Assembly: GCF_009914755.1 (NCBI RefSeq)
Contig: NC_060929.1
Length of the DNA stretch: 64,000 nt
Reading direction: 5' to 3' (one strand)
Source of the DNA: the human T2T-CHM13v2.0 reference genome, Homo sapiens
Of the stretch, positions 44,501 through 61,271 are shown piece by piece (the first letter of the stretch is position 1; the number at the start of each line of letters is the position of its first letter). The translations under genes were made by a program, and so were the position numbers. The notes under the pieces are model-generated. The model saw only the letters and a program-made list of their open reading frames with translations. It was not told the origin of the DNA and made no database searches.

Positions 44501-47500
44501 ACTGCCATTCGCCATTTCATCAACTATAGTTATTTCCTCAAGATAAAGATATAAAGAAATGTCAAAAAGAATGAGAAGAAGGAAGAGAAAGCGAAGTAAT
44601 AGGAGTCAGGGAAGAAGAAGAAGAAGAGGAAGAACAATCCAACTAAGCAATAAAAGTGGCAGCTATCTTTCCTTGCTTATATATCTATGTGGAATCTTTG
44701 CAGTTAGGAAATAAAAAAGCATTAAAACAAAACTACCAAATTATAGGCTAAGTAATAGACCAAAATATGCTTAGCATAAGTAAGTGTTGGGGATTTAGTG
44801 GTAAGATGATCAAGTGAAGCACCTCCTTTAGAGGACTGAATGCAATTGAAAACTCCTATGTCAATGATCAATTTTAAAATAGGAGGGGGATGAAAATCAA
44901 CAATTCATGAAGAAGAGAAAGAAACTAGCAGGAAGTCATTTCTCAGAAAAGAAACTAAAAGTTAATTCACCAAAGTTATAAGAATAAGAAAGCCAGATGC
45001 ACTGTGAAGAGGAACGAGAGAAATATTTAGCAGTAGAACAATAGAGGGGAAAAAAATCGAGGCTAGTCTACCTATGAAGGAGACAGGCACTTAAATTCAT
45101 TTGTTCAATGTATTTTAAGAAATTATTGTAGGACATTTTACTAAGTTTATTGGTTAAAATGTTGAATAGGTATTAAGTGCTATAGAGTTTCTTTGGGTAG
45201 ACATTCACATAAATGAAAAAGTGCAATACATTTTGTTGTAAAAGAAGCAGGCATTTTGTAAGTCAGATGGGAAGAGTCTGACTGAGTGGCTGGGGTCATA
45301 CATCAGAAAGGTAAGAAGGAGAAGACTTTTGAGCTAAATGTTAAAGGATGAAAAATTACCCCGTTCTATACTCTCTCTCACTCCTGAGAGAAGAAAGAAC
45401 AGTCCAGGCAGGAGAAAGTACTTGAATAGATAAACTGAGCCATATACTTGAGCTTGAGGCAATTGGTATCACTAAGGAAGGCAGATGATTGTGTACGATT
45501 ATACCAGTGTCTGTATATGGGTATTCAGACACTATATTGAAAGAGGAGAGAGAAGAAAAGAGAAAGAGAAGAGAATACATATAAAATTTAATTTGGGGGA
45601 AGAAGTGAAGACACTTTTGTTTTTTGTTTGTTGGTTAAAGGAAGGACATTTTTATACTTAAATAGACCTGTTTAGTGTAACATCTTCAAGCTTGCTTGGA
45701 AAAGAGAAATGCTAATAGTGAAAATAGACAAAACAGAAAAGAGTGGTAAGAGAAACCTAATTTGATCTAACATTTTCAGATATGAATATTTTATAACCTA
45801 TACAAATTAAACTTTCAGAAGGAGGAAATAAGGAAAGTTGAGAAATATTAACATCTTTATTGAGACTTTGGTCTAAAATACCATAAAGTGAAATTTTGTT
45901 ATAGTGTTTATTTTGCTTAAGTTAAATAATAGTAATTATAAAAGTAATAATTAAGAAAATATAAACATACATAAACTTGTATAATTTACATTAAAACATT
46001 CCTTAGACACCCGAAAACATATTTTTTTGATGAGTCCGAATGACGATAATAGTAGAATAAAGTTCTGGTTTGATTTTGAGTTCTCCTTTTACTTCTTTAT
46101 TTATTTTCCCATAAATTAATAGGATTAAGCAATCACTCAGTAAATCAAGGAAAACAGTCATTTTTAAGTTAATTATCAAATAACAACAGCAGAAAAAGAA
46201 AAGATGTATAAATGCAAAGCAACTGTTTTATCATATGTGTTTATATTCTGCCTCTATTCATCTATAAGCCAGTATATTCCAACGCATGTCATAGGAAAGG
46301 GACGTGAGTCTGGCTTTGTGATTGACTCGTAGATAGCATCACAGACAACTGGAATTCGAAGAGAAACTACAGCAGATGGACGTTTCATATTGACTTTCAT
46401 TACACATGCAGCCTGATATATGAGTGAGAAGACTGTGCCTTGGGGTTTGGCCTTGTCTTTCTGCAGGAGAAATAGCAGGAAAAGGGGAGCTTAGTGGTTT
46501 CTGGCAGATAGTGTTAATTTTCCACTAAATCATTGTTTACAAAGCAAGAGGAATAAATAGGGAAGGATACCAATTTTATTATTCTCAAAGCTATCTTTCT
46601 AAAAATGACTAGCAATGTTTCAGTAGAGTAAAAAGTCATTTTCAATGGAAGGATTTATATATACAGTTTTTTCCTATAGGTGAGTATTATCAGCTTTTCA
46701 ATCCTGGGCCCTGGTATTTTATGAAGGATAAGCTCCTGGAGTACTTTTATAATTTAAATCTTGCATAAAACCAGATGAATGTTGACAACAGAGAGATTTC
46801 TATTCACCTGTCAAAAGTCATTGGTTACTGTTATTAGTGGCAACACAATTTGCAGTTTGAAACTACACGATTCCTGACATATTTCATGTTATTTTGGATT
46901 TTGTGCATAAAATGGTTTTCACATAATATTTTATATTACACTATTTTAAATTAATGTAATTCCAATGAATATACACACTCCTGTTAAAAGACACATTTGG
47001 AGACTTTGCTGTCAAATATTTTATCCTCAAAACTTGACCTAATTTAATATTTCAAGCTGATATGGTTATATCCTTATCTAATTGTTGACCCTCTTTGATT
47101 TCTCAGAGAAATTAATAAAATACTTCTCTGAGATAGCAACAAGACACTGACCTTAAAATTGCTCTTGTATATCAAATTTTATTAGAATTCTTACTTGTCT
47201 TCTGTCTTAAATCTTTAATGCAATTAGATAGATTAATGACTTTTAAATTGTATTAGTTGAATAATCATGCATTATTCTCATTAAACAGGATGCTACTATA
47301 GTTATTTTATCATAGCTATTCTGCTTTTATTGTGACTTTTGCAGTACTTTAGTCTTAAGAGCTATTGCTCATAGAAACATGGCACCGTAGACTTATTTGG
47401 CACACAAAATAATTATGATTATTTGAAAACTGCTAAAAGCATATGTTTGCATAAGCAGAAACATTTAATAATGTTTTCATTTTTTACTGAAAAAATGTTC

Positions 47501-48897
47501 TATATATCTTACTAAAAACTTCAGGGCTTTGTACTCTTGTCAAAAACAATACCACATCAGCTTATAGAAATGATGGATAGATAGAAGACATCATAAGATA
47601 AACTACTAAGTAATCCTGACAGAAGAAACACTGTATAATATCTGTTTTAAAGGTCATTTTTGCAACGCTTTTTAGAATATAAGTCTGCCTTTGCTGTTTT
47701 CTATCCAATAATGTGAAAATTCTAGACTTAAGTAGTAGCAAATAGAAAATATGTTTACCATATAACTGATGGACTATTTAAATTAGATTTCACTATAAGG
47801 GAATCTTTTGTAGATGGAATGACTTAGAGGTCTCTTCCTGTAAATAAGTACTTTTAAAATACAAGGCAATACTAAATTAGTATTTTGCACAGTATCTTCG
47901 CTTAGAATGATAGTAGTAGTATGAATTTGTATAATGAGCTCTTTAGAATAGATGACTACCATCGTCATTTATTTCATCTGAGAAATCCAAGCTATTATTA
48001 GCAATATTAAATCTAATCATATTATGTCCTAAAACATTATTTGAATTCATTGATGTGAAGGCAAATGATTATAAAATGTTCTCTTAAGTACATTACAGAG
48101 GAAACAAACACCCTAACTATTATTTCTGACAGACGACAGAGTATTAAAATGCTACTAGATGATAGCCCAGCTTGGACTTACAGAATTAATGAAAAACAAA
48201 TGTTCTAGGTGATGTGTAAGCGTGACATTCTCTCTGTGGGATGACCTTCATTCTTCCTTAGTTAGCTGAGAGTTTCTTTGTTATCTTTCTTGCCGAAGGA
48301 CCTCAGGGCCTTGTATCATTATTGAGTGAACACAGTGTCACCTCGGCTGGCAGAAATGTTTTGTCTCTTGTCAGGAAGAGAAGTTTCCTTATGTCATCTG
48401 GAGAGCACCACAGAGGGACTGGCAATTGAGACCAGACATTTCAATCAGTAAACTCAACCCAGTGGAGATGTTTAACCTGCTAGAGTTGTTCAGATCAGAA
48501 TATTTAAACTCTGTTGTGTCTCTCTTGGAACTTAGGGTGTTTGTTATGTATGAAGAAAAAAAATCAGATTAACCTATAGTCAAGATATTTCTTATCTGGT
48601 AGTCAGTGTTATTTGGTTAGGAGGACATTACTTTTTTTTTACATTGTGCACAGATACAATATATGGATACTTTTCATCACCAGATTACATTGACACATCT
48701 TCTCTAACCGAAATTCCCAAATTGATTCCACTAATAGTCACAAAAAGAGGGAGGAGAAAAGAGGTAAGAGGTATACCTGACACCCTACCAAATGAGATAC
48801 CAATATAATATTTTCCTCTGAACACTCAACTTATTTTAACAGTAACAACAAAGCATTGGATAATACTAATGTATTGATATTTAAAATTAAAAAAAAA

Positions 48898-49038
48898 TTT
48901 TTAAGAGACAAGGTCTCTCACTCTTTTGCCTAGGCTGCTGTGCAATGATGCAATCTTGGCTTGCTGCAGCCTCAAGTGATCCTCTCACCTCAGCCTACTG
49001 AGTAGCTGGGAGAACAGGTGATTATCACTACACCAGGC
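48898..49038 (-). mobile_element. AluJ/FRAM-like monomer with internal deletion
   Basis: gagacaaggtctc...ctgcagcctcaagtgatcctctcacctcagcc. Confidence 0.75.
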
Positions 49039-49607
49039 TTTTTAAAATTTTATTTTAAAAAGAAAATACGGACACCAGAAGATGCTTTGTAAAATGACAG
49101 GTATAACTTCTATCAGCATGTCTTTTGGTAGGCAGGTTTTCGGGGAGATTAAATATCAGCTTAGACTACTTTGAAATGCATTAGAATGTGAATGTAATTC
49201 TCTATGGGTTAAATCATTTAACTGTTGAACTTTCTCTAGCCTTCTGAATGCAATCCAGGGGCTTGTCAATGTAAAGTAGCAACAAAGAGAAAGTAAAAAA
49301 AATTTTAAAAAGGTATTTTGATGATTCATGGCATGGATGATTAACTCATAAAGTTATACAAGTTTGCAAGTAGGAGATGGTTCCTTGTTGTTTGTTTGTT
49401 TGTTTATTTATTTATTTATTTAGGACTAAATTTGAAGGAGGTTTCAGCCAAAGAGTTCCGCGATACAGCTCACAAAAGCTTGGCTTCAGGTTGCTAGAGT
49501 AGCAGATCTGGCTATGACAACATTTACACTATATACCTGAGCCACAGAAAAACTTTCTGAGCCTTGGTTACCTCCTTCTTGAAAATGGAAATAGAAAACG
49601 TGCTGCT

Positions 49608-49949
49608 GGGCTGGATGTGCCTCAGACCTATAATCCCAGCACTTTGTGAGGCCAAAGCAGGAGGATCACTTGAGGCCAGAGGTTTGAGACCAGCCTCTTC
49701 TACATTAGAAAGGCTCCGTCTCTACAAAAAAATTTCAAAAATAAAATAAAATTTTAAAAAGCCAAGTGTAGTGATAATCGCCTGTTCTCCCAGCTACTCA
49801 GTAGGCTGAGGTGGGAGGATCGCTTGTGGCTCTAGTGATTGTATGAAGCTGCAGCAAGCCAGGACTGCATCATTGCACGGCAGCCTAGGCAAAAGAGTGA
49901 GAGACCTTGTCTCTTTAAAAAAAAAAAAAAAAATTTAATTTAAAAAAAA
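49608..49949 (+). mobile_element. Old AluJ
   Basis: ggaggatcacttgaggccag, gtgggaggatcgcttg, gagaccttgtctct plus A tail. Confidence 0.88.
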
Positions 49950-50241
49950 GAAAATGTGCTTCATTTACCTTTAAATGACGGTTGGTTAAATGTGCTTCAT
50001 TTTCTTTTAAATGGTTGGTTAAATTGGTTGGTTAAGGGAGAAACTGCTTTGAAAACTTAATTTGTGGTCTACTGTCATGTATGGATATAATCAGTGTCTA
50101 AAAACGGTGTCACATACCTGGATGATTCCATGAAATGGAGTAAGTTGACAATTTTGGAGAAACCATGGAGAATTTGTAACTCATATATAATAGTGTCCTA
50201 AGTGGCTAATTAATCGGGTGTATTAACCATGTTTCTAGCTC

Positions 50242-50800
50242 CTGTAAACTTGTTGCTTTAACATCCGCTCTGCATGCCTATGCCAGCCTTGCCTTGCTAT
50301 GGGCAACCCTACATAATGGCTGAATCACCTTGCCCCAGCCTCCTACCTCCCTTGTGCTCCTCACCCCAGGAGGCCCCTCCTTCCAGGCGTGCATTTTAAA
50401 AATACAAACCAACCAATCCAGGAACCACATTCCCAACCACCTCTTTTACTGGCTCTGCAAACAAGCCAGTATCCTCCTCACTGCTGGGCCAGGTATCACA
50501 CAACCAGACACAGCTCCTATGCCCCAGAGTTTGCTGAAATTATTCCAAGTGTGGCCAATCCGAATCCTGCTTACTCCAGCTCTTTCATTCTTTTCTACAG
50601 AAACAACAATTAAGCTTCTTTCCCACAGTTTCTCTCTTTCCCTCTGCCTCATTATCAATCCTGGTGTTCCCCCGTGTGACTCTCCATGTCCCCTCCTCCT
50701 GGGAATGGTGAGTCATAGGGTATCTTTCCAATTACAATTGTCTCCTTATCTGTTGGCCTCATTATACCTCAAATTTTCTATTACTACCTTGTATCTTAAG
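50242..50800 (+). mobile_element. ERVL-type solo LTR, MER74-like
   Basis: cctatgccccagag..tgctgaaattattc...ccaatcc..atcctgcttac...tccctctgcctc...ccccgtgtg...atctgttggcctca.tatacc. Confidence 0.7.
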
Positions 50801-51041
50801 TCACCTGGCTACTTTTATACCAAGATGTGATTAAAATTAATTTAATGCGTTAAAATGCACTTTAAAACTACTTATTTCCATAACCTGACTTTCTCAGGTA
50901 GTTTAACAAGAAAACTCAAAGGGATATTCTGACAAACATAATTCAAAATACTTTTTATTTAGACTGTCTTGCTTTATTTTACCACATGTACATTATTTAA
51001 GCCACTCATTAAATATATTTACAAGTATAAGTAGTAGGAAG

Positions 51042-51813
51042 TTTGGAGTTCTAATTATGGAGAGGGCATCAGGCTGGTGGGAACAGGGGAAAGCAAAAAA
51101 CAAACAAACAAAGACAAGTAAACCGTAAGTCTGCCTTTCTTTATGGTCCGAGACATATGGCCCTCCTGCGCAAATAACTCACAATCTTCTTCCTGCGCCC
51201 AACTATAACCAGACCCTCAGCTAACAAAAAATTACAAGTTAACTCACTACCACCTTGGCATTATCAGTACTACAAAAAACCCTCTTCAAGGCTTGGCACG
51301 GTTGCTCACACCTGTAATCCCAGCACTGTGGGAGGCCAAAGCCAGTGGATTACCTGAGGTCAGGAGTTCAAGACGAGCCTGGCCAACATGGTGAAACACT
51401 GTCTCTACTAAAAATACAAAATTTAGCTGGATGTGGTGGTGCATGCGTCTAATCCTAGCTAAGTGGGAGGCTGAGGCAGGAGAATAGCTTGAACCTGGGA
51501 GCTGGAGGTTATGGTGAGCTGAAATGGTACCACTGCACTACATCCTGGGTGACAGAGCCAGACTCTGTCTCAAAAAAAAAAAAAAAAAAAAAAAAATTCC
51601 CTCTTCAACACACAATATAAGCACTATCCTATAAAATCCCCGGCAAGCCTTTGTCTCCATACAGTCAACTCCTCTCTTACTAACTGCCTGTTGCTCTCTT
51701 ACAACACATTTGAATACTTTAATAAATCTGCCTTTCTTTATCTACGACTGTCTTAGTAAATTCTTCTTACCCTGGCCCCACCGGCTCCAGATAGCAACCA
51801 CTTGCTCACGACA
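51042..51813 (+). mobile_element. ERV1-type solo LTR (MER83/MER84-like) interrupted by an Alu
   Basis: 5-bp TSD ggaag at 51037-51041 and 51814-51818; ends ...cgaca; TATA box ctataaaat near 51630; aataaa at 51721. Confidence 0.8.
51290..51596 (+). mobile_element. AluSx-like nested in the LTR
   Basis: Full dimer, poly-A, TSD ccctcttcaa at 51280-51289 and 51599-51608. Confidence 0.94.
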
Positions 51814-51844
51814 GGAAGTTACTATTTTGCTTTTTTGGCTTAAC

Positions 51845-52790
<946 letters not shown>

Positions 52791-52799
52791 TTGAATGTG

Positions 52800-53720
<921 letters not shown>

Positions 53721-56483
53721 TTCTGTCTAGAGTTGAAGCAACCATTTATGGTCATGAGGCTGCATGGGAAAGTCCCAAAGTTTTTGCTAAGGATGATAGG
53801 GCATATTATGTCTTTAAATAAAGAAGAAAAAGAGGCAAATAGTGAAGAGGAGTTCCTCCTATCAAAACTTTATCCTTTTATTCAGGAAGGGACCTCTCCT
53901 CCCAGCAACTGTAGTGTAAGCCTCATTGTCAATGAATTGTGCCAAATAGCTTGCCCTAACTCCTGAGAAATAAAAAATGGAGTACTTGGCTTTCTAGTCT
54001 TGGTGGTAGATGACGACAGGTGAGAAGAAAACTGGTAACAGATTTTGAGGGTGACAACTCTAGCATCTACCACAATGTACAAATCTAATGGAAAAACCTG
54101 ACTATACGTTGTCCACTACATATTATTCTGTATTTACCCTGACATAAAATGGAGCAGAAATTTTGTCACTAACAAATGTCCTGCAGAAACGTGATAACTG
54201 CTGTTCAACATGCATCACAATTTCAGACATTTCTCTATGTAATGAGAATGTGGATATTTCTGTGTATGTGATCTCTCTAGAATATTGTTATATGCCTAAT
54301 GGAACAATTTGCCTTTGATCAAATTTGAGTTAAGTGTTGAGTAATCTGAAATCCACTGGTATGTTGCCATCATCTTACTTTCAAGTGTGCTCACTTTAAA
54401 TAGCTTGAAATTGTTCTCCATATGTGTGCTGTATTATACGAATATGCATCTCAAAGAAAATGATAGTACAATAAAATAATATTATGAGTCCAATAAAATT
54501 AATTGCCTATTTATAATGGAATCTATTTAAATTTTTTCATTTAACTATTTTTGAAACAAAAATGTTCAGCCATAGGTTAAGCATATAAAGCTTTCTATTT
54601 TTGTCCTTGTCTGTTTCATCTCATTAGGTTATCACTAAGCCATAAGATGATACAGTGCATTACAGGTAGTGTAATCTATTGTAGTAGGCAATATGTTAGG
54701 ATATTGGAAAACTGAAGAATCTGTTCATTCTCTCGTGCTGGCCACCTGCTATCCTGCTAAGATTAATAACCTGGGACTGAAAAAGAAAAGGAAATGCAGA
54801 TTTTAAAAGTAAAAATGTAGAAATTTGTACTACCTTCTGAATAAAAATTCCACTAAAGGAAACCATTTAAATTAATGCAGTGTTCTAAGTGAATGTCTGA
54901 TGCTATTGTCAATAAGCACACATTCAAATGTTCAGGTGGATTTTTGTTTGTTTCATTTTGTTCTTACTATTAGCTGTTGATGGGGCCCATGGTCTGATTT
55001 CCATGTGTACCTTAAATATTGAGAAACAAGTCTTTCAGTTCAAAGAAGAAGTATAGAAAGTGCTAGTGTTTTTAACAGACATAAGAAGACCAGAATACAA
55101 AATAATACATTGAACAATATCTAAAATCTAAATAGAAAATATATCCAGACCATCTTGTATGTAAGAGACATAATAATGGTAAGTTAAGAGTCAATTAATT
55201 TCTAGAATAGTGCCTTGGGTCTAGAGTCATTCTGCATCATCTGAAAGTCAATTTTTTGAAAGGCTAAACTGAAGCAAGCACTGGAGAGTCAGTTAAACTT
55301 TTTGCCTTTTAGTGCTAGGTTTCACAAGTCTGTAGATTATAGTTAGGTCGAAAACCTAATCAAGAGTATATACAGCAGTTTGGCGATTTCTATACACTGA
55401 TTTTGAGTAGGTGGTGTTATGCAGGCTTTATTCTTCAAATCTTTTCAGTATTAAAAAATAAGAATTGTAAATATTAACAAAAGAGGTATGGCTGCTTAAA
55501 ATTTATTTTTACAATCACAGATTTTTTAAACATCCTAAATTACCAGACTACTGTTACTATGTTATGGCTTTTAAGTCATAAATGATACTTTAGTACATTA
55601 TAAGGTATATTCTTTACTATTCACTGTTACTTTTTTACATTATTATTTTTACCTCAAAATCAATCAAGATTACCTGTTATCTACCAGGTATTAGGACACC
55701 TGTATCTGCTATACATTAATTTCAAAGTCCTTTAGGAGACACATTAATACAATAAAGAACAGATGAGTGAGCATATGGTTTGTTAAATCATGTTTATAAT
55801 AATTAGATACAGATCACATTTAAATAAAGGGTCAGTGGCACATAAATTGGAAACTCTAATTTAACACATTTTAGTAGTAAGAGGTTAGAGGCATTACTAC
55901 CAACGTGAACATCAAAGCCATATGCCATGAAACAAACAAATCGAATTATTAAAATGTAGAAACACAACACTGCATAAGAAGGTAGCACATTTTAAAAACA
56001 TGGTTAGTGATTCTACGAAATCTTTACCAGATGGTCACAATTGGTACAAGTCCATGACAGATAGAGAAGTATTTCTCAATCTAGAATATGTAGACAGTGT
56101 CAAAAATGTGTGAACAATAGCCAAGACAGAGATTGTGAAATTACTTAAACAACTTCCTATATCTAACCCAGTTTGGAAGAGTTGTGCTTATTGATTTCCT
56201 AATTTAATAAGTCAATGAGAATGCATTTTTTTACGTTACAAATCTCTTTGTGATGCATCCTTTAGAAACCATTTCTCCAATAGCATTGGGCCATTGTAAA
56301 TATACTAAATTGCTCAAGTATATTTCTCTGAACATCATAAATTTTGATTTTAAGGTAAGTTTGTCAATATAACATGGCTTTCATTGGATATTTTTCATCC
56401 CTTCTGATAAACAGAAAAATTAATTAGAGAAATTCTATAAGTCATAGTAAGTAAAATATATAACAATTATAAAAGCAGGATAA

Positions 56484-56790
56484 GCCAGGCACAGTGGCTC
56501 ACGCCTATAATCCCAGCACTTTGGGAGGCTGAGATGATAGGATCGCTTGAGTCCAAGAGTTCAAGACCAGCCTAGGCAACATAATGAGACCCCCATCTCT
56601 ACTAAAAATAAAAAAAATTAGCCAGATGTGGTGGCACACATCTGTGGTCCCAGCTGCTCAAGAGGCTGAGCCAAGAGGATCCTTTGAGCCCAGAAGGTAG
56701 AAGCTGCAGTGAGCCATGATATGATTGTGTCACTACACTCCAGCCTGGGCAACAGAGTGAAACACTATCTCAAACAAACAAACAAAACAG
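56484..56790 (+). mobile_element. AluJ (Jb/Jr-like)
   Basis: ggatcgcttgagtccaagagttc, gctgcagtgagccatgat; (CAAA)n tail; TSD aaaa(g)caggataa. Confidence 0.92.
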
Positions 56791-59700
56791 AAAACAGGAT
56801 AAGAGAGGTTAATGCGAAAACCATCTGTGGCATATTTCCTATCAAATTTATTTCTTCTTAAGGTGTCTGCCACAGCATTTGCACAATTTATGGTTACAGT
56901 AATAATTATATTCACCATAACTATCAAATGACTTAAAATACTTAGTACATATTATAAACTTCAATATTAGCTTGTCAAATATTCTCTCAGAAGTTCAACT
57001 TAACATCGGCTATGAGGTTTCTTAAATCTTACCATTCCACTTTTTTATGATAATCAAAAATGCATAGATAATTTTAAGAAAATATTTTAAAAGTATAAGT
57101 TGCATTACATTTGTTTGATAAATAATGTATACTCGATGCTCTTCTTGAAGAATCACAGTTCAAATTACTATAATAAAGTCTTCAAGTGATACTCTAATAA
57201 AAAGTGTGTGGTCTAAACCAAATGTATTTGCCTATAGACCCTTTTTCCATATTATATTGGTAACAATCTCAAATTTTAGTGCTTTATAAAGCATACTTGG
57301 GAAAAAATACCTTGACTGATAAAATTGTTCACTTATGCCTACACTTAAGATGGGTTAGCCACTTATCATACTTACAGCAGTATCCTAAATAATTGATTCT
57401 CAATTCTTCTCAGAAATGCCAAATATAAGTTTTTATGGTCTACGTTAGTCCCAATATGGAAATGGGACCTGGTAATAAATCTATTTTATCAGCTAAATCT
57501 TAAGACTCTAAAAGGCCTATAAGTAAAGACAATTTTGTATGCTTCTTAAATACTTTACATTAGAGGAAGCTTTTCAATTTGGAAAATTGTGATCATTTGA
57601 AGAGTTACCAGCAGTCCAAGGAAACAATAAAAATAAAATATTATGAGCTTAGAAAAACAAGTATAACTGAACAAGTAGTCTAGATTTGTAGAGCTCCCAT
57701 GTAAAAAAAATAAATGAATATAACATCATAGTCTGTTCACCCAGTAGGAAAAAGCCTGAAAAGGGAGAAGGGGTATTTACTGGAGAGTAAGATGATCAAG
57801 GTCAATGTGTGGACAAAGGAATGTGGTGGGGAGAGTTTGCCAGGAAAACTGGAAAACCAGTGCTTGAGACTCTAGCTTCTCTGATTGCTAACATGGGGGG
57901 TAGAATTCTAGAGACAGATGTTGGTCTAAGATTCTTGTGTTATGCCAGGTAAGCTCAATAAGATTCATTGAATAAAATTGTGCCATCAATGTTACAGTTT
58001 AGATGTTTGATTGCTGCTGATTTTGAATTCCAATAGAAATCATAGTGATTTAAAATGAATAGTAAAGAAAAAAACTGGTACTATTTTATTCATGGCATAT
58101 CCTGCTGGACTTTATCAAAGATGGGCAAATAAGTACAACTAATCACCTTTGCCTGTATTCTTTGAGCTCAAGGAAATTCATGTTATAGTATTCAAAAGTA
58201 GAAGCTCTTTGGAAGAAATGCATGGTTAGCTAGGCATTTATTGTTTATTTAATAAATAAACAGGTGGATAATTATGAAAATTAGAGCTGTCATCCCTTAA
58301 GGTCTAAGTTTTCCTTGGAGGACAGGTTATTCTAGAAAAGTGGGTGTGTATGTCTGGTTTTCCTTAAAATGAAGACTTCTGCAAAAACAGTACGTTAACA
58401 GCAGACATGATTTCTCTAGGGAATATCAGTTTCTCAGTTTCTATCACTTCTACCTGTTTGTCTCAGCTTCTTTTTGTTCCCCTGAATCCCCTCCACAGTA
58501 CACTGGAATCTCCCCATTCTCAAAACTTGAGCCCTTAGGAAAGGGAGACATAGAAGGGCTGAGTCAGAAGTTGTTATTCTGAATAACCCTCACTTCCTAT
58601 GCACATATTGGATGTTCAACAAATTATAATTAAATTAATTTTTAAAATTGGGACTAGATTTCTGCCATCAGGACATTTACTTACTTATCAAAAGTGATAG
58701 AAATTCCTCTAGACCTATTTACAAAGAGGAGTCAAAACCATGGATGTTCAGGTTAACCTGGGAGTCCAGATGGTATTTTGTTTTGTTTTGGTATTATTTT
58801 TTGATGGAACAATTCCAGGTTTCTGTAATTAACCTCAGGCAATTTTTTCAAAGAAAATAAAATCTCAAATAAATGAAAACAAAACAATTCCAACATCTGT
58901 ACATGTATTCTAAAACATATTTTAGATTTTGTTTAGCTGGGCAAATATTGCTAGTAAGTACAGAATTTTAATATCAGCTAGACTTTTAGATAATTTTGAT
59001 TTTTGAGCACCTTTTTTAGAGATTTGACTAAATTATAGCCCCTCAGTGCTAAGGTAAAAAATAATCTTTATTAAAATTAAGAAGTTTTATGATATTTTGT
59101 AAATGCTTTTGGTCATTTTAAAATTCATCCTGGTTTTCCTATAGATAACACATATCGTTTCTTCTTTTTCATTTCCAGGATAGGTCTGAGTTTACCCTAA
59201 GGCTGGGAAACCAAGCAGACACACCTAAGTTGTTCAATTACCTTCAAATTTTTAATACTATACCATTCTGACTCAAATTAGGCATGTTATAAAGCCTTTT
59301 TTTTTGCTTTGATAAAGAATTTCTGTGTGATTTTCTTTGCCTTTTGTAACGTGTTCTTTTTCTTTCTTCAAACATGTATGACATAAATAGAAAACATATT
59401 TTGATTTTATTGCTTCTGAAACATGAACATAGAACATATGAGTTAAAAATATGTGGATATGCATATATGTAGCTCATTAACTGTAATAAGAAACAGTGTG
59501 TATAGTTCTTAATTGTAGTGTTACTACACTACACCACTCAATCACTTCTACATTTTTATTTTGAAAAATATTTTACTGGTCTGTGTGTTCTCTAATATCT
59601 GCTCTTGTAGATAAAGCTCCTCTTTCCTAGACCAGGAAGCTAGTTTTAGAAAAAAAAAAATAGAAATGTCATGCACTACATATATAAGTATCTTTCAAGG

Positions 59701-60310
59701 CAAGGTTAATTTTGTAGCAAGAACCTACACCATTGATTGCCAAAGTTATGGGTGCAGAAAACAATGAATCCCAGTTCCATTTTCTGCTATTATTAAAAAT
59801 CTGGAAATAGTTTTCTGATGGCATCTGGATCAACTACCAGAATATAGTCACTGCCTACCATTAATAATTTTTAGCAGACCAATATGTTCACAGCATATTT
59901 TAGCGTATATTATGAAGAAATTGTCCAAAAGGAAGAAAAGTCATTAAGTGCTATGTTTCCAAATTCGGTTGATTTTTCTTTTGAATACTTAAGTTGCAGT
60001 TGCCTTTTTTGGACAGATGATCGTCTTCCATTACAGAAAAAGAAGCAGAATTACATTCATTACTAGTGTTGATTTTTATTTTAGTTGAAATATATCAACA
60101 TTATGTGGGACAAGAGAGCATGTGTTTATTGAAAAAAGAGTTTAAAATAAAAGGAAAATAAAAATATGACTAAATGGAAGTAATCAGAATTAAGACAGGA
60201 AGAGGAAAATTATTATAGTAATAAAGTAGATACAAATCACATATAAGCTAACACTGCAAAGAACATATTTTAAAATTCTAATATTTGTCATTCTTAAGCA
60301 TCTCTAAATC

Positions 60311-60449
60311 CAGTACTCCTTAAAATTTAATGTGAATTCAAATTCCCTGGGCATCTTGTTAAGATGCAGATTCTGATTCTTGGAACCTGTGATTCCGAGA
60401 AACTACTGCAGATGCTGTTGATCTGTGCACAACACTTGGAGAGGCAGGG
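60311..60449. mobile_element. MER5-like fragment
   Basis: cctgggcatcttgttaagatgcagattctgattc...gatgctgttgatctgtgcacaacactt. Confidence 0.65.
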
Positions 60450-60637
60450 TTGGAGCACAACCTGAGAACTCAAAGATTTGGAATGTCAAACTGAGTATCA
60501 AGTGTACAGATAATAGCTAGTTAAGTTGAAGAGATTAAAAAATATGAAATTTCAAGATCACAACGAAAATACATAGAACATAGTTAATGAAATACTATCC
60601 TGTAAATTTTACACAATATGTTATTGAATGGAAATTC

Positions 60638-60881
<244 letters not shown>

Positions 60882-60962
60882 TGACCTCTGAAGATAGACT
60901 TAACAGTGTTTATAACCTCCTCAGAAATATTTGAAGGATTGAGTTGTGACCATATGTGTAGA

Positions 60963-61271
<309 letters not shown>

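Noticed and set aside
46336-46393. Protein-like frame HHRQLEFEEKLQQMDVSY
   Set aside because: Short, bounded by stops, no convincing splice sites and no recognisable homology
47101-47133. 10-bp perfect stem tctcagagaa/ttctctgaga with 13-nt loop
   Set aside because: Plausible by chance in 64 kb of AT-rich DNA; no RNA-family features
50330-50830. 166-aa ORF
   Set aside because: Lies almost wholly in a MER74-like LTR, has a non-ATG start and shows no domain similarity
58242-58262. Palindrome tgtttattta-a-taaataaaca (paired forkhead-like sites)
   Set aside because: Low-complexity AT-rich palindrome with no supporting context
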